From contig NC_009664.2 in assembly GCF_000017305.1 (NCBI RefSeq), positions 1,020,001 through 1,052,000 on the forward strand: a stretch of DNA of 32,000 bases, given 5' to 3'. The position numbers were made by a program, and so were the translations under genes. Under the pieces are notes generated by a model. It worked only from the letters and a program-made list of their open reading frames with translations. It ran no database searches and had not been told where the DNA came from. Shown here piece by piece: positions 1 through 8,661 of this stretch (position 1 is the first letter of the stretch; every line of letters starts with the position of its first letter). Origin of the DNA: Kineococcus radiotolerans SRS30216 = ATCC BAA-149 (GTDB lineage: Bacteria; Actinomycetota; Actinomycetes; Actinomycetales; Kineococcaceae).

Positions 1-50
1 TGGTGCTGCACAGCGGCTGGTACGACTGGCTGGGCGTCCCTCAGCCCTGA
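1..50 (+). CDS. 3' end of an unidentified CDS (partial, starts left of the window)
   Basis: The frame starting at nt 3 reads VLHSGWYDWLGVPQP, then TGA at 48-50. Third positions are almost all G/C. It is too short to identify. Confidence 0.25.
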   Translation, partial: VLHSGWYDWLGVPQP

Positions 51-66
51 CCGCGCTCCCGCCCGC

Positions 67-801
67 CTAGAGGACGTGGCGCCAGTACCGTCCCGGCGCG
101 TCGAGGAAGAAGCGCCAGTCGCGCACCAGGGCCAGGTCCTCCCACGCCACCGGGGTGATGCCCTGCTCGTCGACCTGCAGCACGCGGGCGCCGGGCAGGG
201 CCGTCAGCACCGGTGAGTGCGTCGCGCACAGCACCTGCCGGCCCTCCCGCGCCATCGCCGCGAACGTCGCCCCCAGGGCCAGCGAGTTGCGGAACGACAG
301 CGCCGACTCCGGCTCGTCGAGCAGCAGCAGCCCGACCGAGCGCATCCACGAGGCCCCCACGACGTCGAGGAACGACTCGCCGTGGCTCATCCGGTGCAGG
401 TCGGAGTGCGACGGCGACCCGGCGGCGTGCAGGTAGCTGTAGAAGTCGTGCATCGTCTCCGCCCGCAGGAAGAAGACGTCGCGAGCGCGGGCGACCCCGC
501 GCACGGCCTGCAGCCGCTCCCCCAGGCCCGAGGCGTCCACGGGGTCCCCGTCGCGGCCGGGCCCGCGGTGGCGGCGCGACCCGCCCCCGGCGGGCACGCC
601 GAGGGCCTCGGCGATCCCCTCGACGATCGTGGACTTCCCGGCGCCGTTCTCCCCCACGAGGAAGGTGACGCCCGGTGGCACGTCGAGGCCCTCGGTGAGC
701 AGCTGCGTCACCGCGGGTACGGAGTCCGGCCACGTCGCGGGGTCGACGACGGCGTCCGGGTGACGGTGGACGCGGCGCAGGAGCCGGGAGGGGTCGGTCA
801 T
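67..801 (-). CDS. Standalone ABC/SMC-like AAA family ATPase
   Basis: Walker A GENGAGKST, signature-like SHGES, Walker B LLLLDEPES and H-loop CATHSP. I trimmed the 315-aa track ORF to ATG at 801 (MTDPSRLL...) because the upstream 71 codons look like noise. Confidence 0.75.
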   Translation of the reverse strand: MTDPSRLLRRVHRHPDAVVDPATWPDSVPAVTQLLTEGLDVPPGVTFLVGENGAGKSTIVEGIAEALGVPAGGGSRRHRGPGRDGDPVDASGLGERLQAVRGVARARDVFFLRAETMHDFYSYLHAAGSPSHSDLHRMSHGESFLDVVGASWMRSVGLLLLDEPESALSFRNSLALGATFAAMAREGRQVLCATHSPVLTALPGARVLQVDEQGITPVAWEDLALVRDWRFFLDAPGRYWRHVL

Positions 802-2524
802 GGTCCAACATTGCCGGATGCCCTCCCTCCTCCTCGGTCCCCTCCTGCGCCACGTCGACGCCACCCGGGCGACCGTCTGGGTCGAGGTCGACGAGCCGGG
901 GACGGTGCGGGTGGAGGTGACCCTGCCCGACGGGTCCACCGCCACCGGCCGCGACGAGACGCTGACCCTGCACGGGCACCACTTCGCCCTCGTCGTCGTC
1001 GACGGCCTGCCCACCGGGGAGCGGCTGCCCTACGGGGTGCACTGGGAGGCGCGGGGCGGCGCGCAGGCGGACGGGGTGCGGCTGTGGCCGCCGCGGGAGT
1101 GGTCGTGGCCGGCCAGCGAGATCCGCACCCCCCGCGCCGGGGAGCCGCTGCGCCTGGCCTTCGGCTCCTGCCGGCGCGCCGGCGACGACGGCGAGGAGGC
1201 CACCCGGCGGGTCGGCGTGGACGCCCTCAGCGCGCTGGCGCACCGGATGGTCGAGGAACCCGTCGAGGGCCGCTGGCCGGACCTCATGCTCTTCGTCGGG
1301 GACCAGGTCTACGCCGACGACCCCAACCCCGGCATCGTCGAGCGGCTGCGCGAGCGCCACGCCGGCCGCGCCGACGACGCGGACGACGTGCGCGACGAGA
1401 TCGGCGACTTCGAGGAGTACACCTGGCTCTACCACGAGACGTGGGGCCACGACGCGGTCCGCTGGCTGCTGTCGACGACGCCGACGTGCATGCTGCTCGA
1501 CGACCACGACCTGCGCGACGACTGGAACACCTCCGACGTGTGGCGCGAGCAGGTCAGCGCCCTGCCGTGGTGGCGCGAGCGCGTCACCGGCGCCTTCGCC
1601 AGCTACTGGATCTACCAGCACCTGGGCAACCTCTCCCCCGACCAGCTCGCCGGCGACGACCTGCTGAACCGGTTGCGCGGGATCGAGGACGACGCCGAGC
1701 GCGACCGGGAGCTCGACGAGTTCGCCCGCGCCGCCGACGCGGACGCCAGGACGGCGCGCTGGAGCTTCTCCCGCGACCTGGGCACGACGCGGCTGGTGGC
1801 GATCGACTCCCGCTGCGCGCGCCGCCTGGACCCCGCCGACCGCCACATCACCGGCGAGGACGAGTGGGCCTGGGTGCGGTCCCTGGCCCTGGGCGAGGAC
1901 CGGGAGGAACCGGCCCGCCACCTGCTGCTGGCCACGACGCTGCCCGCGTTCCTGCTGCACGGCATCCACCACGCCGAGACCTTCGACGAGGCGCTGGCCA
2001 GCGGCCGCTTCGGGCGCCGGGTCGCGGGGTGGGGCGAGAAGCTGCGCCAGGCCGCCGACCTGGAGCACTGGGCGGCCTTCCACCGCTCCTTCCGCGAGCT
2101 GGTGGACCTGCTGGGCGCGGTGGGCCGCGGCGAGCACGCCCCGGCCAGCGTCCTGCTGCTGTCGGGGGACGTGCACTGCAGCTACACCGCCCAGGTGCAC
2201 CTGCCCGGCGTCGACCCGGCGGCGACGGTCGTGCACCAGCTGGTGATGTCGCCGTTCCGCAACCCGCTGCAGCGGGCCATGAAGGTCGCCAACCGCCTCT
2301 TCGACGCCCGCCCGGTGCGGGGGTTCATCCGCGGGCTGGCCCGGGCGGCGGGGGTGCGCGAACCGGCGGTGAACTGGGACGTGGAGCACGGGCCGTGGTT
2401 CGACAACGGGGTCATGACGGTGGTCCTGGACCCGGACGGGCGGGCGGTCCTGGAGGTGGACCACGCCCGGCGCGGGCCCCGTCCGCGGTTGCGCCGGACC
2501 CTGACCGAGCAGCTCACCGTGTGA
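800..2524 (+). CDS. PhoD-like (alkaline phosphatase D family) metallophosphatase, no signal peptide
   Basis: N-terminus LLGPLLRHVDATRATVWVE, then DDHDLRDDWN and LSGDVHCSY metallophosphatase motifs. GGGAGGGG (786-793) sits 6 nt before ATG 800. An alternative ATG lies at 818. Confidence 0.8.
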   Translation: MVQHCRMPSLLLGPLLRHVDATRATVWVEVDEPGTVRVEVTLPDGSTATGRDETLTLHGHHFALVVVDGLPTGERLPYGVHWEARGGAQADGVRLWPPREWSWPASEIRTPRAGEPLRLAFGSCRRAGDDGEEATRRVGVDALSALAHRMVEEPVEGRWPDLMLFVGDQVYADDPNPGIVERLRERHAGRADDADDVRDEIGDFEEYTWLYHETWGHDAVRWLLSTTPTCMLLDDHDLRDDWNTSDVWREQVSALPWWRERVTGAFASYWIYQHLGNLSPDQLAGDDLLNRLRGIEDDAERDRELDEFARAADADARTARWSFSRDLGTTRLVAIDSRCARRLDPADRHITGEDEWAWVRSLALGEDREEPARHLLLATTLPAFLLHGIHHAETFDEALASGRFGRRVAGWGEKLRQAADLEHWAAFHRSFRELVDLLGAVGRGEHAPASVLLLSGDVHCSYTAQVHLPGVDPAATVVHQLVMSPFRNPLQRAMKVANRLFDARPVRGFIRGLARAAGVREPAVNWDVEHGPWFDNGVMTVVLDPDGRAVLEVDHARRGPRPRLRRTLTEQLTV

Positions 2525-2624
2525 CGACCGCGTTACGAACTCCCCCCGGACCGGGCAGCGTGCACGATCTCGCCGCGGCTTGGTCCACACTGTGTCCGCT
2601 CCACACCCGTCACCGGAGGTTCCC

Positions 2625-3548
2625 GTGCTCGTTCGCCCCCCCGCCCGTCGCCCGTTCCTCGGCGCTCTCGGTGCCCTGGCCGTCCTCGGCTTGACCGCGG
2701 CCGGCTGCGGTTCGGACTCCCTGTCGGGGGGCACCTCGTCGGAGACCACCTCCGGCTCCGCGTCCGCCGCCCCCAGCGGCAGCGCCGACGCCGCGCTGCG
2801 GGCGATGCTGCCGCAGTCGGTGCAGGACTCCGGCAAGCTGCGGGTGGGCACCAACGCCGAGTACGCGCCGAACGAGTTCCTCGAGGGTTCGACGATCAAG
2901 GGCATGGACATCGACGTCATGAACGCCGTGGCCGCCAAGCTCGGGGTGACGGCGGAGTTCTCCAACGCCTCCTTCGACTCCCTCATCACCGGGGTGTCGG
3001 GCAACCGCTACGACGCGGCGATCTCCTCGTTCACCATCAACGACGAGCGCAAGCAGGCCGTCAACATGGTGCAGTACTACAACGCCGGCACGCAGTGGGC
3101 GACGAAGGCCGGCAACCCCGAGGGGATCGACCCCGAGGACGCCTGCGGCAAGACCGTCGCCGTGCAGTCCAGCACCACCCAGTCCGACGACGACCTCCCC
3201 GCCCGGCAGCAGGCCTGCACCGCGGCCGGGAAGCCGCAGATCCAGGTCCTGGCCTTCGAGTCCCAGCAGGACGCCACCAACGCCCTGCTGCAGGGCCGGG
3301 CGCAGGCGATGCTCGCCGACTCGCCCATCGCCGCCTACGCGGTGAAGCAGACCCAGGGCCTGGAGCTGGTCGGGGACATCTACGACGCCGCGCCCTACGG
3401 GATCGTCGTGCCCAAGGACCAGACCGCCACCGCCGAGGCCATCTCCAAGGCCCTCCAGGAGGTCGCCGACGACGGGTCCTACGCCGCCGCCCTCGGCACC
3501 TGGGGTGCGGAGGACGGTGCGGTGACCGAGTTCCCGGTCAACCCGTGA
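2625..3548 (+). CDS. Polar amino-acid ABC transporter substrate-binding lipoprotein (family 3 SBP)
   Basis: Signal peptide with lipobox LTAAGC, and an SBP_bac_3-like body ([21 protein letters not shown]). GTG 2625 lies 5 nt after GGAGG (2615-2619). The track ORF starts at TTG 2580. Confidence 0.85.
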   Translation: MLVRPPARRPFLGALGALAVLGLTAAGCGSDSLSGGTSSETTSGSASAAPSGSADAALRAMLPQSVQDSGKLRVGTNAEYAPNEFLEGSTIKGMDIDVMNAVAAKLGVTAEFSNASFDSLITGVSGNRYDAAISSFTINDERKQAVNMVQYYNAGTQWATKAGNPEGIDPEDACGKTVAVQSSTTQSDDDLPARQQACTAAGKPQIQVLAFESQQDATNALLQGRAQAMLADSPIAAYAVKQTQGLELVGDIYDAAPYGIVVPKDQTATAEAISKALQEVADDGSYAAALGTWGAEDGAVTEFPVNP

Positions 3549-4543
3549 GCTCCACCCCGGCCCCCGGTCCCGGCCGGGAGCGCGAGCAGCGGTTCGTCCC
3601 CGTCGACGCCGTCGAGGTCCGCCACCCCTGGCGGTGGGTGACGGTCGCGGTGATCGCGGTGCTGGCGCTCATGCTGGCGCACCTGCTGCTCACCAACCCC
3701 GCCTTCGACTGGGGCTTCACCTTCGAGGCGATGAACCAGAGCATCGTCATCCGCGGGTTCCTGCTGGGGACCCTGCTGACGACGGTGCTGGCGATGGTCA
3801 TCGGCATCGGCGGCGGGGTGCTGCTGGCGGTGCTGCGGCTGTCCGGCAACCCGGTGCTGCGGGCGGTGTCGTGGGCGTTCACCTGGTTCTTCCGGGCGAT
3901 CCCGCGCTACGTGCTGCTGACCTTCACCGGCGGGCTGGGGGCGCTGTTCGCGACCGGCTTCTCCCTCGGCGTCCCGTTCGACTTCCTGCTCTCGGACTGG
4001 CTGGGCACGCCGGAGCTGCGGTTGTTCACCGTGCCGCAGGGGACGATCTACGACGTCCTCGGCGGGGTCGTCGCGGGCGGGCTCATCGGTGGGGTCATCG
4101 GCCTGGGCATCTCCGAGGCCGCCTACATGGCCGAGATCGCCCGGGCGGGGCTGCTCAGCGTCGACCGCGGCCAGCACGAGGCCGCCGAGGCGCTGGGCAT
4201 GTCCAAGGGGCTGGCGATGCGCCGGGTGGTGCTCCCGCAGGCGATGCGGGTCATCGTGCCGCCCACCGGCAACGAGGTCATCGCGATGCTCAAGGACACC
4301 TCGCTGCTGGTGGCGATCCCGGTGAACATCGAGCTCTTCTACCAGCTCGGTCAGATCGGCCAGCGCACCTACCAGGTGGTGGCCACGAACATGGCGGCGA
4401 TGCTCTACTACCTGATCGCGACCTCGATCCTCATGGTGGGCCAGTACTTCCTGGAGAAGCGGTTCGGCCGCGGCTTCGGGACCGGCCCGGCCCGCCGCAC
4501 GGCGCCGGCCGGGGTGTCGATGGGCCCGGGGGGTGCCAAGTGA
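3545..4543 (+). CDS. Amino-acid ABC transporter permease
   Basis: Multi-TM protein with an EAA-type loop ([28 protein letters not shown]). GTG 3545 overlaps the SBP stop as GTGA. The upstream part of the 482-aa track ORF is out-of-frame read-through of the SBP gene. Confidence 0.9.
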   Translation: MSSTPAPGPGREREQRFVPVDAVEVRHPWRWVTVAVIAVLALMLAHLLLTNPAFDWGFTFEAMNQSIVIRGFLLGTLLTTVLAMVIGIGGGVLLAVLRLSGNPVLRAVSWAFTWFFRAIPRYVLLTFTGGLGALFATGFSLGVPFDFLLSDWLGTPELRLFTVPQGTIYDVLGGVVAGGLIGGVIGLGISEAAYMAEIARAGLLSVDRGQHEAAEALGMSKGLAMRRVVLPQAMRVIVPPTGNEVIAMLKDTSLLVAIPVNIELFYQLGQIGQRTYQVVATNMAAMLYYLIATSILMVGQYFLEKRFGRGFGTGPARRTAPAGVSMGPGGAK

Positions 4544-5316
4544 GCGCCCTGGTGGAGGCCCGCGGCGTCCACAAGGCCTTCGGCCACGTCGAGGTCCTCA
4601 AGGGCATCGACCTCGACGTCGAGGCCGGCGAGGTCGTCTGCCTGCTGGGTCCGTCGGGTTCGGGCAAGACGACGTTCCTGCGCTGCATCAACTCCCTGGA
4701 ACGCATCGACGGCGGCCGCATCCGCGTCGACGGCGAGCTCGTCGGGCTGGAGGAGCGCGGGGGGCGGTTGCACCGCCTGACCGACAAGCGGATCGCCCAG
4801 CAGCGCCGCGACATCGGCATGGTGTTCCAGCGGTTCAACCTGTTCCCGCACATGAGCGCCCTGGAGAACGTCGTCGAGGCCCCGGTGCGGGTCCGGGGCG
4901 TGGCGAAGGCGGAGGCGAACCGCCGGGCGGTGGAGCTGCTCGAACGGGTCGGACTGGCCGACCGCGCGCACAACTACCCGGCGCAGTTGTCCGGCGGGCA
5001 GCAGCAGCGGGTCGCGATCGCGCGGGCGCTGGCCATGCAGCCCAAGCTCATGCTGTTCGACGAGCCGACCTCGGCGCTGGACCCCGAGCTCGTGGGCGAG
5101 GTGCTGGAGGTCATGCGCGAGCTGGCCGCGGACGGCACGACGATGGTCGTCGTGACCCACGAGGTCGCCTTCGCCCGCGACGTCGCCGACCAGGTCGTCT
5201 TCATGGACGGCGGGGTCGTCGTGGAGCGAGGGACCCCGGCGGAGGTCATCGGCGACCCCCGCGAGGAACGCACCCGGACCTTCCTGGCCCGGATGCGCAC
5301 CGGCCAGGACGGCTGA
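4540..5316 (+). CDS. Amino-acid ABC transporter ATP-binding protein (GlnQ-like)
   Basis: Walker [11 protein letters not shown]-loop, signature LSGGQQQR, Walker [13 protein letters not shown] and H-loop THE. GTG 4540 overlaps the permease stop (GTGA). Confidence 0.93.
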   Translation: MSALVEARGVHKAFGHVEVLKGIDLDVEAGEVVCLLGPSGSGKTTFLRCINSLERIDGGRIRVDGELVGLEERGGRLHRLTDKRIAQQRRDIGMVFQRFNLFPHMSALENVVEAPVRVRGVAKAEANRRAVELLERVGLADRAHNYPAQLSGGQQQRVAIARALAMQPKLMLFDEPTSALDPELVGEVLEVMRELAADGTTMVVVTHEVAFARDVADQVVFMDGGVVVERGTPAEVIGDPREERTRTFLARMRTGQDG

Positions 5317-5380
5317 GCGGGACCTCGCGCGGGACGCTCGCGGGCTCGCCCGGGGGCGCGGGCCCTGGCACAGTCGGGCC

Positions 5381-6154
5381 GTGCTCCCCAGCGTGCCCCC
5401 CACCGCGTCCCGCACCGTGCTCCTCACCGGCGCCGCCGGCCGCGTCGCCGGCCAGCTGCTGCCCGGCCTGCAGGACTACGACCTGCGGCTGCTCGACCGC
5501 TCCGTCCCCTCCGCGCCCCCCGGGGCGGAGGTGGTCGAGGGGGAGCTCACCGACCGGGACCTGCTGGCCCGGGCCGTCACCGGCGTGGACACCGTCGTCC
5601 ACCTCGCCGGCGACCCCCGCCCCGACGCGACGTGGGACGACCTGCGCGGGCCCAACGTGGACGGTTTCGCCGCCCTGCTGGGCGCGGCCCGCGAGCACGG
5701 CGTGCGCCGGGTGGTCTACGCCAGCTCGGTGCACGCGATGGGCCGCTACGAGGCCCTGGGCCGGGTGCCGATCGACCCGGCCTGGGCCCCGGCGCCCTGC
5801 TGCCCCTACGGGGCGACGAAGGCGTTCGACGAGGCCGTGGCGGGCGTGTTCAGCCACCGGTGGGGTCTGAGCACCATCGGGCTGCGGCTGGGCGCCACCG
5901 TCCCCGAGCCCGCCCAGCGCAGCCAGCTCCGCGGCTGGCTGGGCCCGGCGGACCTGCGGCAGCTGGTCGTGCGGGCCGTCGAGACCACCACGCCCGCCGG
6001 CGTCTACCCCGGCGTCTCGGGCGCGCCGGGCTCGCACTGGGACCTCACCAGCGCGGCGAGCGACCTGGACTACCACCCCCGGCTGGACTCCGGCCGCTAC
6101 GCCGAGACCGTCGAGGACGACGGCACCGACGTCACCACCTGCCCCCACCCCTGA
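5381..6154 (+). CDS. NAD-dependent epimerase/dehydratase family (extended SDR) protein
   Basis: Rossmann motif [11 protein letters not shown], catalytic YGATK (YxxxK) and SSVHAMG. Confidence 0.8.
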   Translation: MLPSVPPTASRTVLLTGAAGRVAGQLLPGLQDYDLRLLDRSVPSAPPGAEVVEGELTDRDLLARAVTGVDTVVHLAGDPRPDATWDDLRGPNVDGFAALLGAAREHGVRRVVYASSVHAMGRYEALGRVPIDPAWAPAPCCPYGATKAFDEAVAGVFSHRWGLSTIGLRLGATVPEPAQRSQLRGWLGPADLRQLVVRAVETTTPAGVYPGVSGAPGSHWDLTSAASDLDYHPRLDSGRYAETVEDDGTDVTTCPHP

Positions 6155-6160
6155 CGGGCC

Positions 6161-6182
6161 GCCCGGCGGCTCCCGGCCGGGC
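6161..6182. terminator. Weak GC hairpin between convergent genes
   Basis: GCCCGGC (6161-6167) pairs with GCCGGGC (6176-6182) across an 8-nt loop. There is no U-tract. It lies in the 47-nt gap between the SDR and PDR stops. Confidence 0.25.
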
Positions 6183-6201
6183 CCGCGGGTCGCAGGTCGA
6201 G

Positions 6202-7167
6202 TCAGGGGCGGGCGGTCGTCGCCGGTGCCAGGACCAGCTCCCCGGACAGGCACCGGGACACGCAGGGCATGACGTAGCGCTCGCGCTCGTCGCCGGTGAG
6301 GACGAGGTCGCGGTGCTCGGCCTCGCCCGCGACCAGCCGCAGGCGGCAGGTGCCGCAGGTGCCGGACTCGCAGGAGGCGTCCACGTCCACGCCCCGCTCC
6401 CGCAGCGCGGTGAGCAGCGACCGGTCCGCGGGGACCTCGACCCGGGCCCCGGTGGGTTCCCAGACGGCGGTGAACGCCACCGGCCGGGCCCCGAGGGGGT
6501 CGACCCCGGCGAAGTCCTCCACGTGGACCCGGCTGGGGCGCCAGTGCGCGGTGAGGGCCAGGACCTCCTCGACGAGGGCGGTCGGCCCGCAGCAGTAGAC
6601 GCGGGTGTCGGTGCCGTCCCCGCCGTCGGGGTCGGCCAGGTGCGGCCACAGGTCCAGCCGGCCCCGGGCGGCGCTGTGGTGCAGCAGGGTCCCGTCGGAG
6701 CTGAACTCGTCGAGGAAGGCCGTCTCGTCGGGGCTGCGGCTGAGGTAGAGGACCTCGACCTGCGCCCCGCCGCGGGCGCGCAGCTCGGCGACCATCGCCC
6801 GGATCGGGGTGATGCCGATGCCGCCGGCGATGAACAGGTAGCGCCGGGCCCGCTTGAGGGCGAAGTTGTTGGCCGGCCAGGTGACCTCGAGGACGTCGCC
6901 GGGGTGCACGTCGTCGTGCATGCTCACCGACCCCCCGCGCCCGCCCGCGTCGCGGCGCACGCAGATCGCGTACTCCCGCGGGGCGCGGGAGCCGGCGTCG
7001 ACGAGGCTGTAGCTGCGCCGCGGCCCGGCGGGCGTGGTCACGGTGACGTGGGCGCCGCCGCGGTAGCCGGGCAGCGCCGCCCCGGCGGGGTCGCGCAGCA
7101 CGAAGCGCGTGACGGACGGGGTCAGCGCGTGGCGCTCGGCGACGACGAGGTGCAGGACGTCAGCCAA
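6202..7167 (-). CDS. PDR/VanB-family oxidoreductase (flavin + NAD(P)H + plant-type 2Fe-2S)
   Basis: RSYSL flavin motif, GGIGITP nucleotide-binding motif and C-terminal CESGTCGTC cluster. The only available start is TTG 7167, which overlaps the upstream MOSC gene by 8 nt. Confidence 0.88.
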   Translation of the reverse strand: MADVLHLVVAERHALTPSVTRFVLRDPAGAALPGYRGGAHVTVTTPAGPRRSYSLVDAGSRAPREYAICVRRDAGGRGGSVSMHDDVHPGDVLEVTWPANNFALKRARRYLFIAGGIGITPIRAMVAELRARGGAQVEVLYLSRSPDETAFLDEFSSDGTLLHHSAARGRLDLWPHLADPDGGDGTDTRVYCCGPTALVEEVLALTAHWRPSRVHVEDFAGVDPLGARPVAFTAVWEPTGARVEVPADRSLLTALRERGVDVDASCESGTCGTCRLRLVAGEAEHRDLVLTGDERERYVMPCVSRCLSGELVLAPATTARP

Positions 7168-7948
7168 CGAGACCGCCCGGGGTCAGCTCGGCACCGGCGT
7201 GCAGGGTCCCGCCGTCGAGGACCTCGGCGTAGACGCCCAGGAAGTCGTGGCCGTAGGTCCGCGCGAGCAGCTGCGGGACGGGCAGGTCGCGGCGCCCCGT
7301 CCCCGGTTCGACCTCCGTCGCGGCGCAGCGCCGGGTGGGTGTCGTACCGCGCAGGCGCACCCCGCCGAGGGTGAACTCGCGCCCGACCAGGGCGAACTCG
7401 TGCCAGGCGGGCAGGCCGTCGAGGTGGACGTTGCCGCGGAAGCGCAGCGGGTCGACCTCGTGGCCGACCCGGCCGGCGAGGTCGCGGACCGAGGCGAGGT
7501 TGACCAGCGAGACGAACTCCATCTCCCGGTCGGAGTCCTGCGCGGTGTCGGTGAACCGGCGCCCCTCGTCGCGGGCGACGACGGGTTCGGTGCCGGGCGG
7601 CAGGTCCAGGACGCGGGCGTAGAAGGCCCGCAGGGCGGCCAGCCCCTCCTCGGTCCCGAGGTCGGCGGTCAGCACGCGGTGGCCGCGGACGTCCACGGCG
7701 TAGGTGCCCGTCGCGGGGTCGAGGTGGGTGGTGAGCGCGGCGAGGCGGGCCTCGGCGACGAGGACGAAGAACTCCCGCTTGGAGATCCCGTGCCGCAGCC
7801 CGGGCTCGTAGGCGCCACCGGGGCGGGCCAGGGCGATCGTGCGGTCGAAGGGGAACCCGCGCCCCGCGCTCAGCTCGACCCGCGTCAGCGGCTGCGGGGT
7901 CATGCCCTTGACCGGGTAGACGTAGAGACCGTCCACGTGCGCTGCCAC
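7160..7948 (-). CDS. MOSC domain protein (MOSC_N beta-barrel + MOSC, YcbX/mARC-like)
   Basis: LYVYPVKGM N-terminal barrel motif and the conserved MOSC cysteine context TRRCAATEVEP. I trimmed the ORF to GTG 7948 (VAAHVDGLYVYPVKG). Confidence 0.85.
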   Translation of the reverse strand: MAAHVDGLYVYPVKGMTPQPLTRVELSAGRGFPFDRTIALARPGGAYEPGLRHGISKREFFVLVAEARLAALTTHLDPATGTYAVDVRGHRVLTADLGTEEGLAALRAFYARVLDLPPGTEPVVARDEGRRFTDTAQDSDREMEFVSLVNLASVRDLAGRVGHEVDPLRFRGNVHLDGLPAWHEFALVGREFTLGGVRLRGTTPTRRCAATEVEPGTGRRDLPVPQLLARTYGHDFLGVYAEVLDGGTLHAGAELTPGGLVG

Positions 7949-7967
7949 GGCGCTCAGGGTAGCGACC

Positions 7968-8012
7968 CCGCCCCGCGCTCCCGCCCCGCGCTCCCGCCCC
8001 GCGCTCCCGCCC
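7968..8012. repeat. 13-bp perfect tandem repeat CCGCCCCGCGCTC x3 plus a 6-nt partial copy
   Basis: Read directly: copies at 7968-7980, 7981-7993 and 7994-8006, then CCGCCC at 8007-8012. It sits in the divergent intergenic region between the MOSC and DinB genes. Confidence 0.95.
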
Positions 8013-8060
8013 GAGACCGGGCACACCGGGTCGCCGGTGGCCCACCCCCGGTGATCCCCG

Positions 8061-8066
8061 TAGATT
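8061..8066 (+). promoter_or_regulatory. Candidate -10 hexamer TAGATT for a leaderless DinB-family mRNA
   Basis: TAGATT fits the actinobacterial TANNNT -10 pattern and ends 7 nt before ATG 8074. No Shine-Dalgarno sequence lies between them. Confidence 0.3.
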
Positions 8067-8073
8067 CGCGGTC

Positions 8074-8592
8074 ATGACCCTCGTGCCCTACACCGCGGGA
8101 GAGAAGCCGAGCCTCGTGGCCAGCCTGCAGCGCCACCGCGAGGTGGTGCTGTGGAAGCTCGAGGACCTCGACGACGAGCAGCTGCGACGACCCGTGGTGG
8201 GCTCCGGCACCACCCTGCTGGGGACGGCGAAGCACCTCGCCAGCGTCGAGTACCGCTGGTTCTGCTCCGCCTTCGGGCGCCCCAGCGACGAGATCCCCGC
8301 CGAGGCCGTGGCCGAGGACCCGCAGGCCCACTGGCGGATCCACCCCTGGGAGACCACCGAGGGCGTCCTGGCCTACTACGAGCGCGCCCGCACCGCGGCC
8401 GACGAGGCCCTGCGCGAGCTGAAGGTCAGCGAGCGCGGGACGACGCCGGACGGGGCCGTGGTGACCCTGCGCTGGGCGCTGCTGCACGTGATCGAGGAGA
8501 CCGCCCGGCACGCCGGGCACCTCGACGTCCTGCGCGAGCTGGTCGACGGGCGCACCGGGGACCACCGGCCGGCCCCGTCCGCGGCGTCCTGA
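8074..8592 (+). CDS. DinB/DUF664 family protein (mycothiol-transferase-like)
   Basis: LWKLEDLDDEQLRRPVVGSGTTLLGTAKHLASVEYRWF and LLHVIEETARHAGHLDVLRE are typical DUF664/DinB four-helix-bundle signatures with a His triad. Confidence 0.8.
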   Translation: MTLVPYTAGEKPSLVASLQRHREVVLWKLEDLDDEQLRRPVVGSGTTLLGTAKHLASVEYRWFCSAFGRPSDEIPAEAVAEDPQAHWRIHPWETTEGVLAYYERARTAADEALRELKVSERGTTPDGAVVTLRWALLHVIEETARHAGHLDVLRELVDGRTGDHRPAPSAAS

Positions 8593-8627
8593 GACCGGGG
8601 CGCCGCGCGAGTCGTCGCGCTCCGCGG

Positions 8628-8655
8628 TGAAGTTCCGGCCCCCGGTGGCCGATCA
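8628..8655 (+). promoter_or_regulatory. Candidate FliA/sigma-28 (WhiG/SigD-type) promoter for the chemoreceptor gene
   Basis: TGAAGTTC-N12-GCCGATCA compared with the consensus TAAAGTTT-N11-GCCGATAA gives 6/8 and 7/8 matches. The -10 ends 6 nt before GTG 8662. Confidence 0.4.
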
Positions 8656-8661
8656 GAGGAC

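Noticed and set aside
67-2524. ATPase plus metallophosphatase pair considered as a two-gene anti-phage defence system
   Set aside because: The genes are divergent, not co-oriented. There is no nuclease, TIR, SIR2, helicase or other effector domain. The flanks are housekeeping genes with no mobile or island signatures, and composition is the same as in the rest of the window.
41-3004. 987-aa minus-strand ORF and the 825-aa plus-strand ORF (217-2694) spanning the first 3 kb
   Set aside because: The translations are Arg/Pro/Gly/Ala-rich and low-complexity with no motifs. They run antisense or out of frame to three motif-supported genes (ATPase, PhoD-like, SBP). This is the typical stop-codon-poor artefact of a very GC-rich genome.
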